Positions 29,468-38,953 of a DNA stretch of 64,000 bases are shown here, in pieces. Position 1 is the first letter of the stretch, and each line of letters starts with the position of its first letter. Made by a program: the position numbers and the translations under genes. The notes under the pieces are model-generated. The model ran no database searches and was not told the DNA's origin. It worked only from the letters and a program-made list of their open reading frames with translations. This DNA comes from Patescibacteria group bacterium (GTDB lineage Bacteria; Patescibacteriota; Microgenomatia; Levybacterales; UBA12049): assembly GCA_038064195.1 (NCBI GenBank), contig JBBTTO010000003.1:178428-242427 (forward strand), read 5' to 3'.

Positions 29468-29917
29468 ATGGCACGTTCACCGAGAAGTGTGTTAACATCC
29501 GAGTATCTCATTCAACCTCGGCATTTCGACACACTTAAGCATTCCGTGGGCGCTACGGGCGTCGACCCGGATGAAGAGCCGTTTGCTCGGGCCATCATCA
29601 ATTTTTGTCAAGATCGTGGCGAGAGTTGGGGGCCTTTCACTCAAGAAGAGGTGGAGGCCTACCTCGTGGAGATCGAGGAAAAGCCATTAGACATCTATAG
29701 GGTCATGAAAAAGTGGGCGAGTCGTTGGCTCGTCTACGTGATCGATGAGCGCGAAGTGACGGTCCAGGATCCCCGCACAGGGAAAGACAAGAAGGTCATG
29801 AAAGCGACGTACATCTTGCGTCATTTGTTCGTGGCAGGTTGCTTTTCGTCAGCTGGGATTCGTCACTATCAGTCGATAGATCCTGAAGCACCCCAGGGCG
29901 GGGCGCCTCAGACGTAA
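29468..29917 (+). CDS. Hypothetical protein, paralog A
   Basis: Shares motifs with 30096-30476 (Y..QP..D, FCQ..W, F V..CF/Y, EAP.GGA). Confidence 0.75.
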   Translation: MARSPRSVLTSEYLIQPRHFDTLKHSVGATGVDPDEEPFARAIINFCQDRGESWGPFTQEEVEAYLVEIEEKPLDIYRVMKKWASRWLVYVIDEREVTVQDPRTGKDKKVMKATYILRHLFVAGCFSSAGIRHYQSIDPEAPQGGAPQT

Positions 29918-30095
29918 CCAACCGCTGCACATGCGCAGAGGAGAAGCACGTCGGGGCGTCCCTGACAACACCTGAGGTGCTTCTTCTCTTTTTCTTCCAG
30001 AACTCAACCTTATCCCATAGTTTGATTTAGTTTTTCCACTTTGCTATAATTTCCTTACTACCGTTTGGTGTAGGGACTTTCAAGAAGGAAGGGCA

Positions 30096-30476
30096 ATGAT
30101 CGTCAGGATGGTTGAGGCTCAGGTTGACCGTTATACGGTACAGCCAAGCCAGATCGATTCGCGTCGACACTTTTTTGGCGTATTCGGAAGTATTGAGTTG
30201 GCTCTCACGGCCACAATGATACTGAAGGTCTGCCAGAAAAAAAACAGGTGGACTTGGCTATCTCGAGATGAAATCCTCGAGCATGCCGGACAGAGGTTCG
30301 AGCACTACTCCCTGATGTTGGAGGAGATGATCGAGCTCGAGATGCTTATTCGCGACGAGCTGGGCAAGTACCACGTCACCAACGCCTTTGTGCGTGCGTG
30401 TTACTTCTCTCAAAACATCCCACTCTACAACTACGTAGTCACTGAAGCACCCCGAGGTGGGGCTACACCCGCATAG
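30096..30476 (+). CDS. Hypothetical protein, paralog B
   Basis: Tandem paralog with its own promoter, SD and 3' hairpin. Confidence 0.75.
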   Translation: MIVRMVEAQVDRYTVQPSQIDSRRHFFGVFGSIELALTATMILKVCQKKNRWTWLSRDEILEHAGQRFEHYSLMLEEMIELEMLIRDELGKYHVTNAFVRACYFSQNIPLYNYVVTEAPRGGATPA

Positions 30477-30641
30477 AGCGAGCTTTCTGTATAAGCACAG
30501 AGAAGAGAAGCATGTCGGGGTCGGCCCGCAACATCTTGAGGTGCTTCTTCTCGTTTAATCCATATTGGAATTATTTATATTCTCGAAAACTTCGTACTTT
30601 TTTGGATTGACAGACTTTAATTGAATTGCCATAGTAGAGAC

Positions 30642-30833
30642 ATGGCTAAGAAGAAAACGAAAATAACAAAGAAAGTTGCACATCACTCAGCTCATCGTCA
30701 CTTCCGTCCGAGTTATAAGGCTCATCCTGCCTGGCATCTAACCAGTAGCGCATTGGTACTCATCCTCTTGGGTATTATTATTTTTTGCCTGATCGCGTAT
30801 TACTCAAGTCTTTCGACCGTCCAGCCTTATTAA
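30642..30833 (+). CDS. Small basic His-rich membrane protein
   Basis: TTGACA promoter; MAKKKTK...single TM. Confidence 0.6.
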   Translation: MAKKKTKITKKVAHHSAHRHFRPSYKAHPAWHLTSSALVLILLGIIIFCLIAYYSSLSTVQPY

Positions 30834-30892
30834 TCAGTCTGTCCACGAAATTTACTCCGTTTTCTGAGCAAGTTCAGGTATAATAGATATCT

Positions 30893-31603
30893 ATGGATGA
30901 ACTAATTTTCTTAGACACCGAGACGACCGGGAACGACTTGCTGGCTGACCGCCTATTCCAGGTCTGCTACAAACATAACGGTAAGATGACGTCAGAATAT
31001 TTTAAGCCTCCTGTGCCGATCAGTGTTAAATCCCAAAGCATCACCCATGTGACCAACAAAATGGTGGCGGACAAACCCGCCTTCAAAGACAGTCAGATGA
31101 AGAAAGATTTGCATGAATTACTCAAAACGCATGTGATGGTGGCACACAATGCCGTCTTTGATATCGCCATGCTCGTCCATGAAGAGGTGAGTGTGCCCAG
31201 ATTTATCTGTACCCTCAAAATTGCCCGCTATTTGGATAAAAACGGTGTCATCCCTGAATACAATTTGCAGTACCTGCGGTACTACTTGGAGCTGGATGTG
31301 GAGGCACAGGCCCATGAAGCAGAAGATGATGTCAAAGTCGTTGAGGCACTTTTTAAGAGGCAATACGCCAAAATGCTCGAGCTCCATGGTGATCATGCGA
31401 AAGTCGTTGAGGAGATGATCAAAATCTCACTTGAACCGAGTCTGTTCACGCTTTTCCCCTTCGGCAAGCACAAAGGGCGTAAAATTGAAGAGGTCATCAT
31501 CAGTGATCGGCCATATGTGGAGTGGCTGCTTGAGCAAAAAATGCAAAACCCCGATGATCTGGACTGGATTTATACGCTCAAATTCCACCTTAAAACGCTC
31601 TGA
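30893..31603 (+). CDS. DEDDh 3'-5' exonuclease (ExoX/DnaQ-like)
   Basis: FLDTETTG, VAHNAVFD, AHEAEDD, FPFGKHKG. Confidence 0.9.
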   Translation: MDELIFLDTETTGNDLLADRLFQVCYKHNGKMTSEYFKPPVPISVKSQSITHVTNKMVADKPAFKDSQMKKDLHELLKTHVMVAHNAVFDIAMLVHEEVSVPRFICTLKIARYLDKNGVIPEYNLQYLRYYLELDVEAQAHEAEDDVKVVEALFKRQYAKMLELHGDHAKVVEEMIKISLEPSLFTLFPFGKHKGRKIEEVIISDRPYVEWLLEQKMQNPDDLDWIYTLKFHLKTL

Positions 31604-31640
31604 AATTGCTTTTCGGCAGAGTTTGGTCGATAATAATACC

Positions 31641-32441
31641 ATGGATCCGCAGCCACAGCCAGTACCACCGCCTCCACCTGTTGTCCCACCGCCAAGTCCT
31701 ATGCCCATGCGTAAAAGCCCACCGCTGATGATGATAGTTGGTGCAGTTATTCTTTTACTTATCGTCGCAGGTGGGGCGTATTTTCTCGGACTTCGTACTG
31801 GTTCAAAATCTGATTTGACCATAACTCCTGAGAGGAATGAAGCACAACCCCAAGCTCAGATTACGCAAGAACCAACTCCGACAATTGTTGTAGATGAAAC
31901 GGCTAACTGGAAAACATATACTTCTGTCTATGAAGGAGCGAGTTTTAAATATCCAGCTGATTGGGTCATCAAGACAACTACCAATCAATATTTGGAAGGA
32001 GAACAAGTAACACTTACTTCTCCTACAGGTGTTAAAGTCTATTTTCTGCCTTACGTAACAGGACTTGGTGGAGGATGTGATGCTGCTGATTGTCCGGTCG
32101 TCAAAACATCCCTGGTCAAACCATTGATGAGTACAGGGAGTGAAGTGCAGTTGTATCTGACTGAAAGTAGTTATCAGGGGATCAAAAGGATAGGGATTGT
32201 GAGCTTAATGGATAACAACCAATACATAACTATCCCAGTTGTCGGAGAGAAAAAAGGTTTTCCATATTATTTGATATTCCAAAATCATAAAGGTGATCAG
32301 GCAGGTTTTTATATGGAGTTAGGGAGTTTTAACAATCCGTATCCGCAGGCAAATCTTAAGGATATGGATGATGCGACGTTTTTTGCACTTCCTGATATCG
32401 CACGTTCTGTTCAGATCATTTCTTCACTCAAATATCAGTAA
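31641..32441 (+). CDS. Membrane-anchored exported protein with Pro-rich N-terminus
   Basis: MDPQPQPVPPPPP, TM, DETANWKTY...SFKYPADW. Confidence 0.8.
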   Translation: MDPQPQPVPPPPPVVPPPSPMPMRKSPPLMMIVGAVILLLIVAGGAYFLGLRTGSKSDLTITPERNEAQPQAQITQEPTPTIVVDETANWKTYTSVYEGASFKYPADWVIKTTTNQYLEGEQVTLTSPTGVKVYFLPYVTGLGGGCDAADCPVVKTSLVKPLMSTGSEVQLYLTESSYQGIKRIGIVSLMDNNQYITIPVVGEKKGFPYYLIFQNHKGDQAGFYMELGSFNNPYPQANLKDMDDATFFALPDIARSVQIISSLKYQ

Positions 32442-32479
32442 TTTTTGCTTCTTTTTCTCCTCAAGCGTATAATTCCGGT

Positions 32480-33127
32480 ATGGATCAAACCGTTCAGATC
32501 AAAGTTGATGGCTTTTTCCGCAAATACAAAAAGCATAGCTATAAAAAAGGTGAAATGCTTATCCGTGCTGATGATGAGCCGCAGGGGACGATGTATCTGA
32601 CCAGGGGACGGGTAAAAGCATATTCCATCTCCCGCAAGGGTGAGGAAGTAATCGTCAATATTTTTAAGGAAGGTTCATTTTTCCCGATGTCATGGGCCGT
32701 CACTGACAGCCCCAATACGTATTTTTATGAGGCGTTGACAGAAGTTGAGTTATGGCGTGCTCCCAAAAATGACGTTGTTGTTTTCCTCCGAACTGAGCCG
32801 GATGTGCTTTTTGATCTTCTCAGGCGGGTTTTTATCGGTGTAGACGGCATCTTGCAGCGGATGAGTTATCTCATGGGTGAGGATGCGTATACACGTTTGA
32901 TCGCTGAACTTGTGATAACTGCCAAAAGATTCGGAGAAAAGACAGAAGAGGGAGCGGTAGAGTTAAAAATTTCAGAAAAAGATTTAGCCGCTCAGACAGG
33001 TCTTACGCGTGAGACGGTGAGTCGGGAGATAAAAAAGCTCAAGGATAAAAATCTGATAACTTTGCGTCGGGATGTGGTCCTGATACAAAGTCTTTCATAC
33101 CTTGAAAATGAGCTGGTGGAGGATTAA
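32480..33127 (+). CDS. Crp/Fnr family transcriptional regulator
   Basis: cNMP-like beta-roll; HTH SEKDLAAQTGLTRETVSREI. Confidence 0.92.
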   Translation: MDQTVQIKVDGFFRKYKKHSYKKGEMLIRADDEPQGTMYLTRGRVKAYSISRKGEEVIVNIFKEGSFFPMSWAVTDSPNTYFYEALTEVELWRAPKNDVVVFLRTEPDVLFDLLRRVFIGVDGILQRMSYLMGEDAYTRLIAELVITAKRFGEKTEEGAVELKISEKDLAAQTGLTRETVSREIKKLKDKNLITLRRDVVLIQSLSYLENELVED

Positions 33128-33474
33128 AGTGTCCTTGTGATGAGTTCGGTGGTTGGGATAATCCGGTTGCGTTTTTTTTCACCAGTCGGTAAGCCTGTCG
33201 GGAGAAGATATCCCTGCCAGGTTCCATTTCCCGTATGTAACTCCAAATGGAGGAGGTCTGTCAAATCCGGTTCGTCCTCTACCTCATAAAGCCGGTAATT
33301 GCCCATAGACAGTATCGCGTCTGTCTTGTAGGGATTATGTGTTGTCACCAGTATCTCACCTATCTCCCCGGCGTTGATCCAGGCATATGAGCGATCCTCA
33401 TCAAGGGTGAGGATTTTGGTCTGTTTTTTGGTCTCAAGTAAGCGATATCTTCCCTGCGCATTTGTTGTGATCAT
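33124..33474 (-). CDS. Hypothetical protein
   Basis: AAGGAG SD; 116 aa; follows 33484-34671. Confidence 0.7.
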   Translation of the reverse strand: MITTNAQGRYRLLETKKQTKILTLDEDRSYAWINAGEIGEILVTTHNPYKTDAILSMGNYRLYEVEDEPDLTDLLHLELHTGNGTWQGYLLPTGLPTGEKKRNRIIPTTELITRTL

Positions 33475-33483
33475 TGTCTCTCC

Positions 33484-34671
33484 TTAAATAATTTTTTTAC
33501 TGCGAAGCGTGTGGTAGTAATTTTTCTTTGTGAAGAGTATTGCTCCCAGACCGATACTGTAGGCCAGCACTGCCATAATGAGGTTAAGCGGGGTGATGTA
33601 GGAGAGCAGTTCGTAGACCAGGGCACCGGTTAGTAGGCCCAAAAGCATGCCTGCCTCTTTAGAGACGAGCCGTACCAGTCTCTGGCCAAAGGCTATGACT
33701 ATCAGAATTTTTGCCATATAGAGAGCGATCAGATAGGCCGCAAAGATCACGAGGGATAAGGGGATACCGATAACGGTTATAAAGATCAGGATGAGAATGA
33801 CCGGCATGACGATGAGGGTTACGAGTCCCAGCCCCAGGTTGGCCCACAGTCGAGAAAAGATTGTTTCTCCCAGCGTCTTAGTATAAACAGGCAGCAATTT
33901 GATCAGCAGAAAACCTACGATGACTGTTGAAATAAAGCTGATGATCTTGATCCAGGTCAGAATCGCTAGGACACCGAAAGCTGTCTTTTTGCCGGTATCC
34001 TGAGCCCTGGCCTGCCGGGGAGTTGTCTGATGATAGATAGTCTTACCTGCTACCTGTGCTCCTGATTCTATGGTGGCCTTATTACTGCCTGTGTAGGTCA
34101 GATTGCCGGCAATTTTAGTCTGGGGCATGAGGATCAGATCGCCGACAAATCCGGTGACATCTCCGCCGACTGTATTATTGAGTGTCAGCGTACCGGCAGC
34201 GAAATTGATATCGCGACCAACAGGTGCGTTAAGGACGATTTGTCCGCCGACCAGCGTCACGCTGCCTGCGATTTCGGCACTACCTCCGATATCGACATTA
34301 CCACCAACCACCGTGAGATTTCGGTCAATTTTCCCTGTGACGCTGATATTTCCTCCTGCTACTCTTACATCCTGTGTCACATCTCCGCTTATTGCGAGAG
34401 TCCCGCCTGCAGCCAGGATATCACCATTTACTTTGCCTTTGATCGTGACATTACCTCCGGCTGAGTAAAGATCTCCGTTGATAGTCCCCAGTACCAGCAC
34501 TGTATTACCTGCGGCAAAATAGTCATGATTGATAGTACGGGAAGGCGGAATAATAATCGTCACCGGTTTTTCGGTTTGAGAAGAAGCCTGGCTATTGGTC
34601 TTGCCAAAAAAACCTACTAATCCGATAAAGCCAAGAACCAGCAGCAAGGTTATTACCATTCTTTTTGTCAT
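33484..34671 (-). CDS. Membrane protein with bactofilin/polymer-forming-like beta-helix repeats
   Basis: Repeated G.V.GD...AGG.V units, then multiple TM helices. Confidence 0.8.
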   Translation of the reverse strand: MTKRMVITLLLVLGFIGLVGFFGKTNSQASSQTEKPVTIIIPPSRTINHDYFAAGNTVLVLGTINGDLYSAGGNVTIKGKVNGDILAAGGTLAISGDVTQDVRVAGGNISVTGKIDRNLTVVGGNVDIGGSAEIAGSVTLVGGQIVLNAPVGRDINFAAGTLTLNNTVGGDVTGFVGDLILMPQTKIAGNLTYTGSNKATIESGAQVAGKTIYHQTTPRQARAQDTGKKTAFGVLAILTWIKIISFISTVIVGFLLIKLLPVYTKTLGETIFSRLWANLGLGLVTLIVMPVILILIFITVIGIPLSLVIFAAYLIALYMAKILIVIAFGQRLVRLVSKEAGMLLGLLTGALVYELLSYITPLNLIMAVLAYSIGLGAILFTKKNYYHTLRSKKII

Positions 34672-34705
34672 AAAAACAACTTTACGTAATAAAGAGTTTT
34701 CAGAC

Positions 34706-34721
34706 AATGATCTATATCACA
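34706..34721 (-). promoter_or_regulatory. Crp/Fnr-type box (leftward promoter)
   Basis: AATGA-tctata-TCACA; centre 29.5 bp from minus-strand TAAAGT (34684-34679), which lies 7 nt before the ATG. Confidence 0.7.
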
Positions 34722-34728
34722 AAGAAAA

Positions 34729-34744
34729 AGTGATACGTATCATT
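34729..34744 (+). promoter_or_regulatory. Crp/Fnr-type box (rightward promoter)
   Basis: AGTGA-tacgta-TCATT; centre 29.5 bp from TATTAT at 34766. Confidence 0.65.
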
Positions 34745-34907
34745 TATTAAAAGGATCTTTGTTTGTATTATGACTTTCGGATAATGAAAATATTATGAAA
34801 AGAATTATCTCGCTGATTTATAAAGTTATACGCTATTTGCGAAAGGAGGAAATGCTTCTCGCGCGGTTTTATACAGCGCCGATCATTTAAAGAGAGGAGG
34901 TGAAACT

Positions 34908-35234
34908 ATGTACTACTTAACAGGGTTAACAGGTTTATTATTACTCTTTGCTCCATTTGTTCTTGGCTATACAGACAACGCGGCAGCCTTTTGGACAAGT
35001 CTTATCGTCGGAGTAGGAGTTATCCTCGTCTCAACAGTTGAGGGAGTGGTCACAAAGCCGGGTAAATGGGAATATTGGGTAGCCGGGATTATGGGACTGG
35101 TTGCATTGCTTGCTCCATTTATTTTCGGTTTTAGTTCCATAACGGGGGCTTTTTGGGCATCTATTCTTGCGGGAGTAGTGCTTATGTTTGTTTCAGGGAT
35201 TGAAGTGTACTCAAATGATTATCGCAATGTGTGA
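34908..35234 (+). CDS. SPW-repeat membrane protein
   Basis: Two GL.LL.APF.LG repeats; GGAGGTG SD. Confidence 0.8.
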   Translation: MYYLTGLTGLLLLFAPFVLGYTDNAAAFWTSLIVGVGVILVSTVEGVVTKPGKWEYWVAGIMGLVALLAPFIFGFSSITGAFWASILAGVVLMFVSGIEVYSNDYRNV

Positions 35235-35317
35235 GTACATCAGAGTCAGCCGGACGGGAGCGTGATAGCTCGTGAGGCAGATCAACTCCCGTCTCGGAAC
35301 TCGAAAATTAAAAAACT

Positions 35318-35695
35318 ATGTTTACAGGCAATATCAAACATTTGGCAAAAGAAAATACTAATTTTCGTCAGGTAATCTATACCGGGCCACACGCGCAGCT
35401 TGTTTTGATGAGTTTGAGACCGGGTGAGGAAATCGGCGAGGAAACACATCCGACAACAGATCAGGTATTGTTCTTTGTCGCAGGCGATGAGGAGGTCGAG
35501 GCAATTATCAACGATACCCCTTTTTGGGTAGAAGAACACGGGGTGGTTTTCGTTCCTGCAGGCATTAAGCATAATATTATCAACAAAGGTTCTGATGCTC
35601 TTAAGCTCTATACAGTCTACGCACCGCCTGCGCATAAAGACGGGACTATCCATCAGACCAAAAAAGATGCTGCCAAGGAGGAGCCGTATGAATGA
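35318..35695 (+). CDS. Cupin domain protein
   Basis: QLVLMSLRPGEEIGEETH, PAGIKHN, LKLYTVYAPPAH. Confidence 0.9.
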   Translation: MFTGNIKHLAKENTNFRQVIYTGPHAQLVLMSLRPGEEIGEETHPTTDQVLFFVAGDEEVEAIINDTPFWVEEHGVVFVPAGIKHNIINKGSDALKLYTVYAPPAHKDGTIHQTKKDAAKEEPYE

Positions 35696-36380
35696 GACTG
35701 ACAGATTCTTCAGTAGTCGTGTCCAGGCAGGACGTATGCTGGCCCGTGAGCTGGGCTATGTTAAAGGATCAGATTGCATAGTTTATGCCCTTCCGCGAGG
35801 CGGAGTGGTCACTGCAGTTGAAATTGCCACATATCTCCGTTCTCCCCTCGAACTCTTACTGACACGTAAAATAGTTCATCCTCTGTCTCCTGAATATGCT
35901 CAGGCAGCAATATCTGAAAAAGGCTACCTGGTAAGTAGTAAGATCAGCAGGGAACAAATGCTTGAGGGTTGGTTTGAAGAGGCAATCCAAAAACAAATTG
36001 CGGAAATAGCCCGTCGCCGCTTGATGTATTCAGCCGGCAAAAAGAGAATGCGAGCTACAGGAAAGACAGCCATCATTGTCGATGACGGAGTGGCGACAGG
36101 TCTCACACTCAGGGCGGGAATTCTTGAGATTAGAGATGAAGATCCCCTCAAGCTTATCGTCGCGGTTCCTGTAATTCCCGAAAGTACTGCAGAGCTGATA
36201 AAAAATTCAGTCGATGATCTGGTAGCTCTTTCCATCCCTTCAGATCAGGACTATTTAGGAGCTGTGGGATCATACTATGAAGACTTTCATGAGATAAGTG
36301 ACAGAGAAGTGATAAAGATACTTGAGGACTTTGCTTATAGCAGTAAGGAGTACTCTTCTTTTGAAAGGAGAGCGCTATGA
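35688..36380 (+). CDS. Phosphoribosyltransferase-family protein
   Basis: ALPRGGV, IIVDDGVATGLT, AVGSYYEDF. Confidence 0.88.
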   Translation: MNETDRFFSSRVQAGRMLARELGYVKGSDCIVYALPRGGVVTAVEIATYLRSPLELLLTRKIVHPLSPEYAQAAISEKGYLVSSKISREQMLEGWFEEAIQKQIAEIARRRLMYSAGKKRMRATGKTAIIVDDGVATGLTLRAGILEIRDEDPLKLIVAVPVIPESTAELIKNSVDDLVALSIPSDQDYLGAVGSYYEDFHEISDREVIKILEDFAYSSKEYSSFERRAL

Positions 36381-36832
36381 ATATCGGAAGAGCTATAATG
36401 GATTTAGATGTTCAGTCCGGTGGAGGTGTGTCCAAGCGACCTCACTACTACGGTGATACGATCCGTAAGTTATTTTTTGCCTCAGCTTTCTTAATGCTTT
36501 TCTTTATGCCTTTTTTTACTGAGTATATCCCTGTCACTGTTCGTCAGGGACTCTTGGTTGTTCTTGCTGTGAGTATTTTCTCAGGATTAACCAACCCTAC
36601 ACTTTTTTGGATAGCTGTGATGGATCTGCTCATCTCAATCGGGGGAGTTTTTATTTTTGGTTACTATGCAGCGGATTCATATCTTCGTTATTCTATAAAC
36701 GATTTTTATTTTTGGATAAATCAAATTTTATCGGTCTTATTTTTGGCGAGCCTTTATTTTAGTATTAAGACCGTCCGGGGGTTTCTTGTTGGGCATAAAG
36801 TTTCAAAGCCTCCTGAGAATAGTAGTGCCTAA
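36377..36832 (+). CDS. Membrane protein
   Basis: HYYGDTIRKLF...LYFSIKTVRG; 4 TM. Confidence 0.75.
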   Translation: MNIGRAIMDLDVQSGGGVSKRPHYYGDTIRKLFFASAFLMLFFMPFFTEYIPVTVRQGLLVVLAVSIFSGLTNPTLFWIAVMDLLISIGGVFIFGYYAADSYLRYSINDFYFWINQILSVLFLASLYFSIKTVRGFLVGHKVSKPPENSSA

Positions 36833-37401
36833 TTACAGGCATTATCCGCCCAGAGGCCGATCCTGGCAGCAATCGCTGCTTTTTCTGCCTTTTTATATTC
36901 TGCTTGATATTTGTACGGCATCGCATAGGTATACTCATGTGCCATTCCTTCCTCAAGTGCCCCGAGGCCATAGTCATCAGATCCGTTGATAAAGACGTAT
37001 CTTAATAATCGTCCGTATTTATCTTTATCACTCTGTGTCGGATCAGACTCGAGGAAGACATATTTCCCCAAAAGTAATTCTTTGGCACGGTCTGAGGCGG
37101 CTTTACCCATACATTGAACGGGCTTACGCGGATCGACAGTCTCGGGAGTGTCAATTCCGATGACTCGGATTGTCTGGTTTTTCCCGTTGAGTATCACATG
37201 CAGCGTATCACCATCGACGACCTTAGTGACTTTTATTAGTCCGTTTTGCTCCTGGATACTTGTCGGGGTCGCGACTGTCCTCACGCCTTCGACAGCGGAT
37301 TGATGAGGGACAAGTGACGTGTAGGCTTTTTCACCGGCTATGAGGAAAATGATGATAAGAAGAGAGATGACAGCACGCCGTAGCTTACGATTCATGATCA
37401 T
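36829..37401 (-). CDS. Thermonuclease (SNase-like)
   Basis: VVDGDT, IGIDTPE, DKYGRLLRY, GLW. Confidence 0.92.
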   Translation of the reverse strand: MIMNRKLRRAVISLLIIIFLIAGEKAYTSLVPHQSAVEGVRTVATPTSIQEQNGLIKVTKVVDGDTLHVILNGKNQTIRVIGIDTPETVDPRKPVQCMGKAASDRAKELLLGKYVFLESDPTQSDKDKYGRLLRYVFINGSDDYGLGALEEGMAHEYTYAMPYKYQAEYKKAEKAAIAARIGLWADNACN

Positions 37402-37466
37402 CCCGAGTATACCTTTGGGCGGAGCGGTTTTCAATCCCATTTCTTTCTGCTAGAGTATATTTCACT

Positions 37467-37578
37467 CAGAGAACAGAGAACAGAGAACAGAGAACAGAGA
37501 ACAGAGAACAGAGTTCGTGTTAGTCTTGTTTACTGTTTACTGTTTACTGTTTACTGTTTACTGTTTACTGTTTACTGT
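37467..37578. repeat. Inverted heptamer arrays (CAGAGAA)x6.7 / (TGTTTAC)x7.4
   Basis: Read directly; the arms are imperfectly complementary. Confidence 0.9.
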
Positions 37579-37587
37579 CATTAACTT

Positions 37588-38904
37588 ATGACCCAAGCTG
37601 AAGCACTCGATATTCTCAAATTAGGCCACAATGCTTTTCTCACCGGGCCGGCAGGCTCAGGTAAGACCTACCTCCTCAATCAATTTATCAAATATCTCCG
37701 CCTTAACAATGTCAGTGTCGGAATTACTGCCTCGACAGGCATCGCTGCCACTCATATGGGTGGCACGACTATCCATAGTTGGTCGGGGATGGGGATCCGG
37801 GACGAGATGGATGAGCGGGCGATAGCAGATCTCCTCAAGAGACAGTATCTCAGAAAGCATTTTTTAAAGACCAAAGTCCTCATAATTGACGAGATCTCGA
37901 TGCTGCATGCTTTTCAACTCGATTTGGTGCACAGTATCTGTCGGGCTTTTAAAAAAATCGAGTACCCCTTCGGCGGAATGCAGGTCGTGATGTGCGGAGA
38001 TTTTTTTCAACTCCCGCCTGTCTCCAAAGCAGATGGTGAGTCCAGATTTGTCACCGACTCGACGATCTGGAACGAGATGAAGCTGCGCATTTGCTATCTT
38101 GATGAGCAGTACCGTCAGAGTGATCGGGCATTCCTGCGAGTTCTCAATGATATCAGGAGTGGGGATGTCAATGAAGACACAGTCGAAGTCTTATCCGAGC
38201 GGCTCAACAAAGAGCCGGAGGGATATACCCGTCCGACCCGTCTTTTTACGCACAACGCGGATGTAGACGTGGTGAACAAGACCCATTTAGATGCACTTGT
38301 GGGAGAAGCACATGAATATCGCATGATAGGGCGTGGCAATCCTAACCTGGTTGAAGTTCTGCGTAAGACCTGTCTGGCGCCTGAGAAGCTCATTCTCAAA
38401 AAAGGTGCACAGGTAATGTTTGTTAAAAATAATTATGAAGTGGGGTACGTCAACGGCACACTAGGTGAGGTCATCGGCTTTGATAAGGTCGATGCGCCTA
38501 TCGTCCGGACTTTTGACGGGGCCGAAATCGCTGTCAGTCAGATGAGTTGGGAAGTGAAAGAGGAAAACACTGAGTTGGCAGCCATCAGCCAGGTACCGCT
38601 TAGACTTGCCTGGGCGATTACTGTCCATAAGTCTCAAGGTATGTCACTGGATGCTGCGGAGGTTGACCTTTCACGTTCGTTTGTCCCGGGGCAGGGGTAT
38701 GTAGCGTTATCTCGACTCAGAGGCCTCAAGGGTCTAAAGCTTATGGGGATGAATCAGATGGCTTTGACGGTGAATTCTGATGTGGCGGAAATGGATAGGG
38801 AGTTTCGCCGTCTCTCAGATGAAGCAGTGCTGGATTTGCAAAAATTAGATTTACAGACCAAAGAGCAAAAGCAAAAAGACTACCTGCATTACTTGCAAAG
38901 ATGA
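37588..38904 (+). CDS. PIF1-family DNA helicase
   Basis: GPAGSGKT, IIDEISM, GDFFQLPPV, AWAITVHKSQGMSLD, YVALSR. Confidence 0.92.
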   Translation: MTQAEALDILKLGHNAFLTGPAGSGKTYLLNQFIKYLRLNNVSVGITASTGIAATHMGGTTIHSWSGMGIRDEMDERAIADLLKRQYLRKHFLKTKVLIIDEISMLHAFQLDLVHSICRAFKKIEYPFGGMQVVMCGDFFQLPPVSKADGESRFVTDSTIWNEMKLRICYLDEQYRQSDRAFLRVLNDIRSGDVNEDTVEVLSERLNKEPEGYTRPTRLFTHNADVDVVNKTHLDALVGEAHEYRMIGRGNPNLVEVLRKTCLAPEKLILKKGAQVMFVKNNYEVGYVNGTLGEVIGFDKVDAPIVRTFDGAEIAVSQMSWEVKEENTELAAISQVPLRLAWAITVHKSQGMSLDAAEVDLSRSFVPGQGYVALSRLRGLKGLKLMGMNQMALTVNSDVAEMDREFRRLSDEAVLDLQKLDLQTKEQKQKDYLHYLQR

Positions 38905-38953
38905 GGTTAAGTGAGTATTTACAATTAAATATACATAATATAGTATACGGCAA

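Noticed and set aside
29930-30556. Integron attC cassettes
   Set aside because: The hairpins lack clear RYYYAAC/GTTRRRY ends, the genes have their own promoters and no integrase is present
37467-37578. Possible CRISPR array
   Set aside because: 7-bp tandem units with no spacers, and no cas genes
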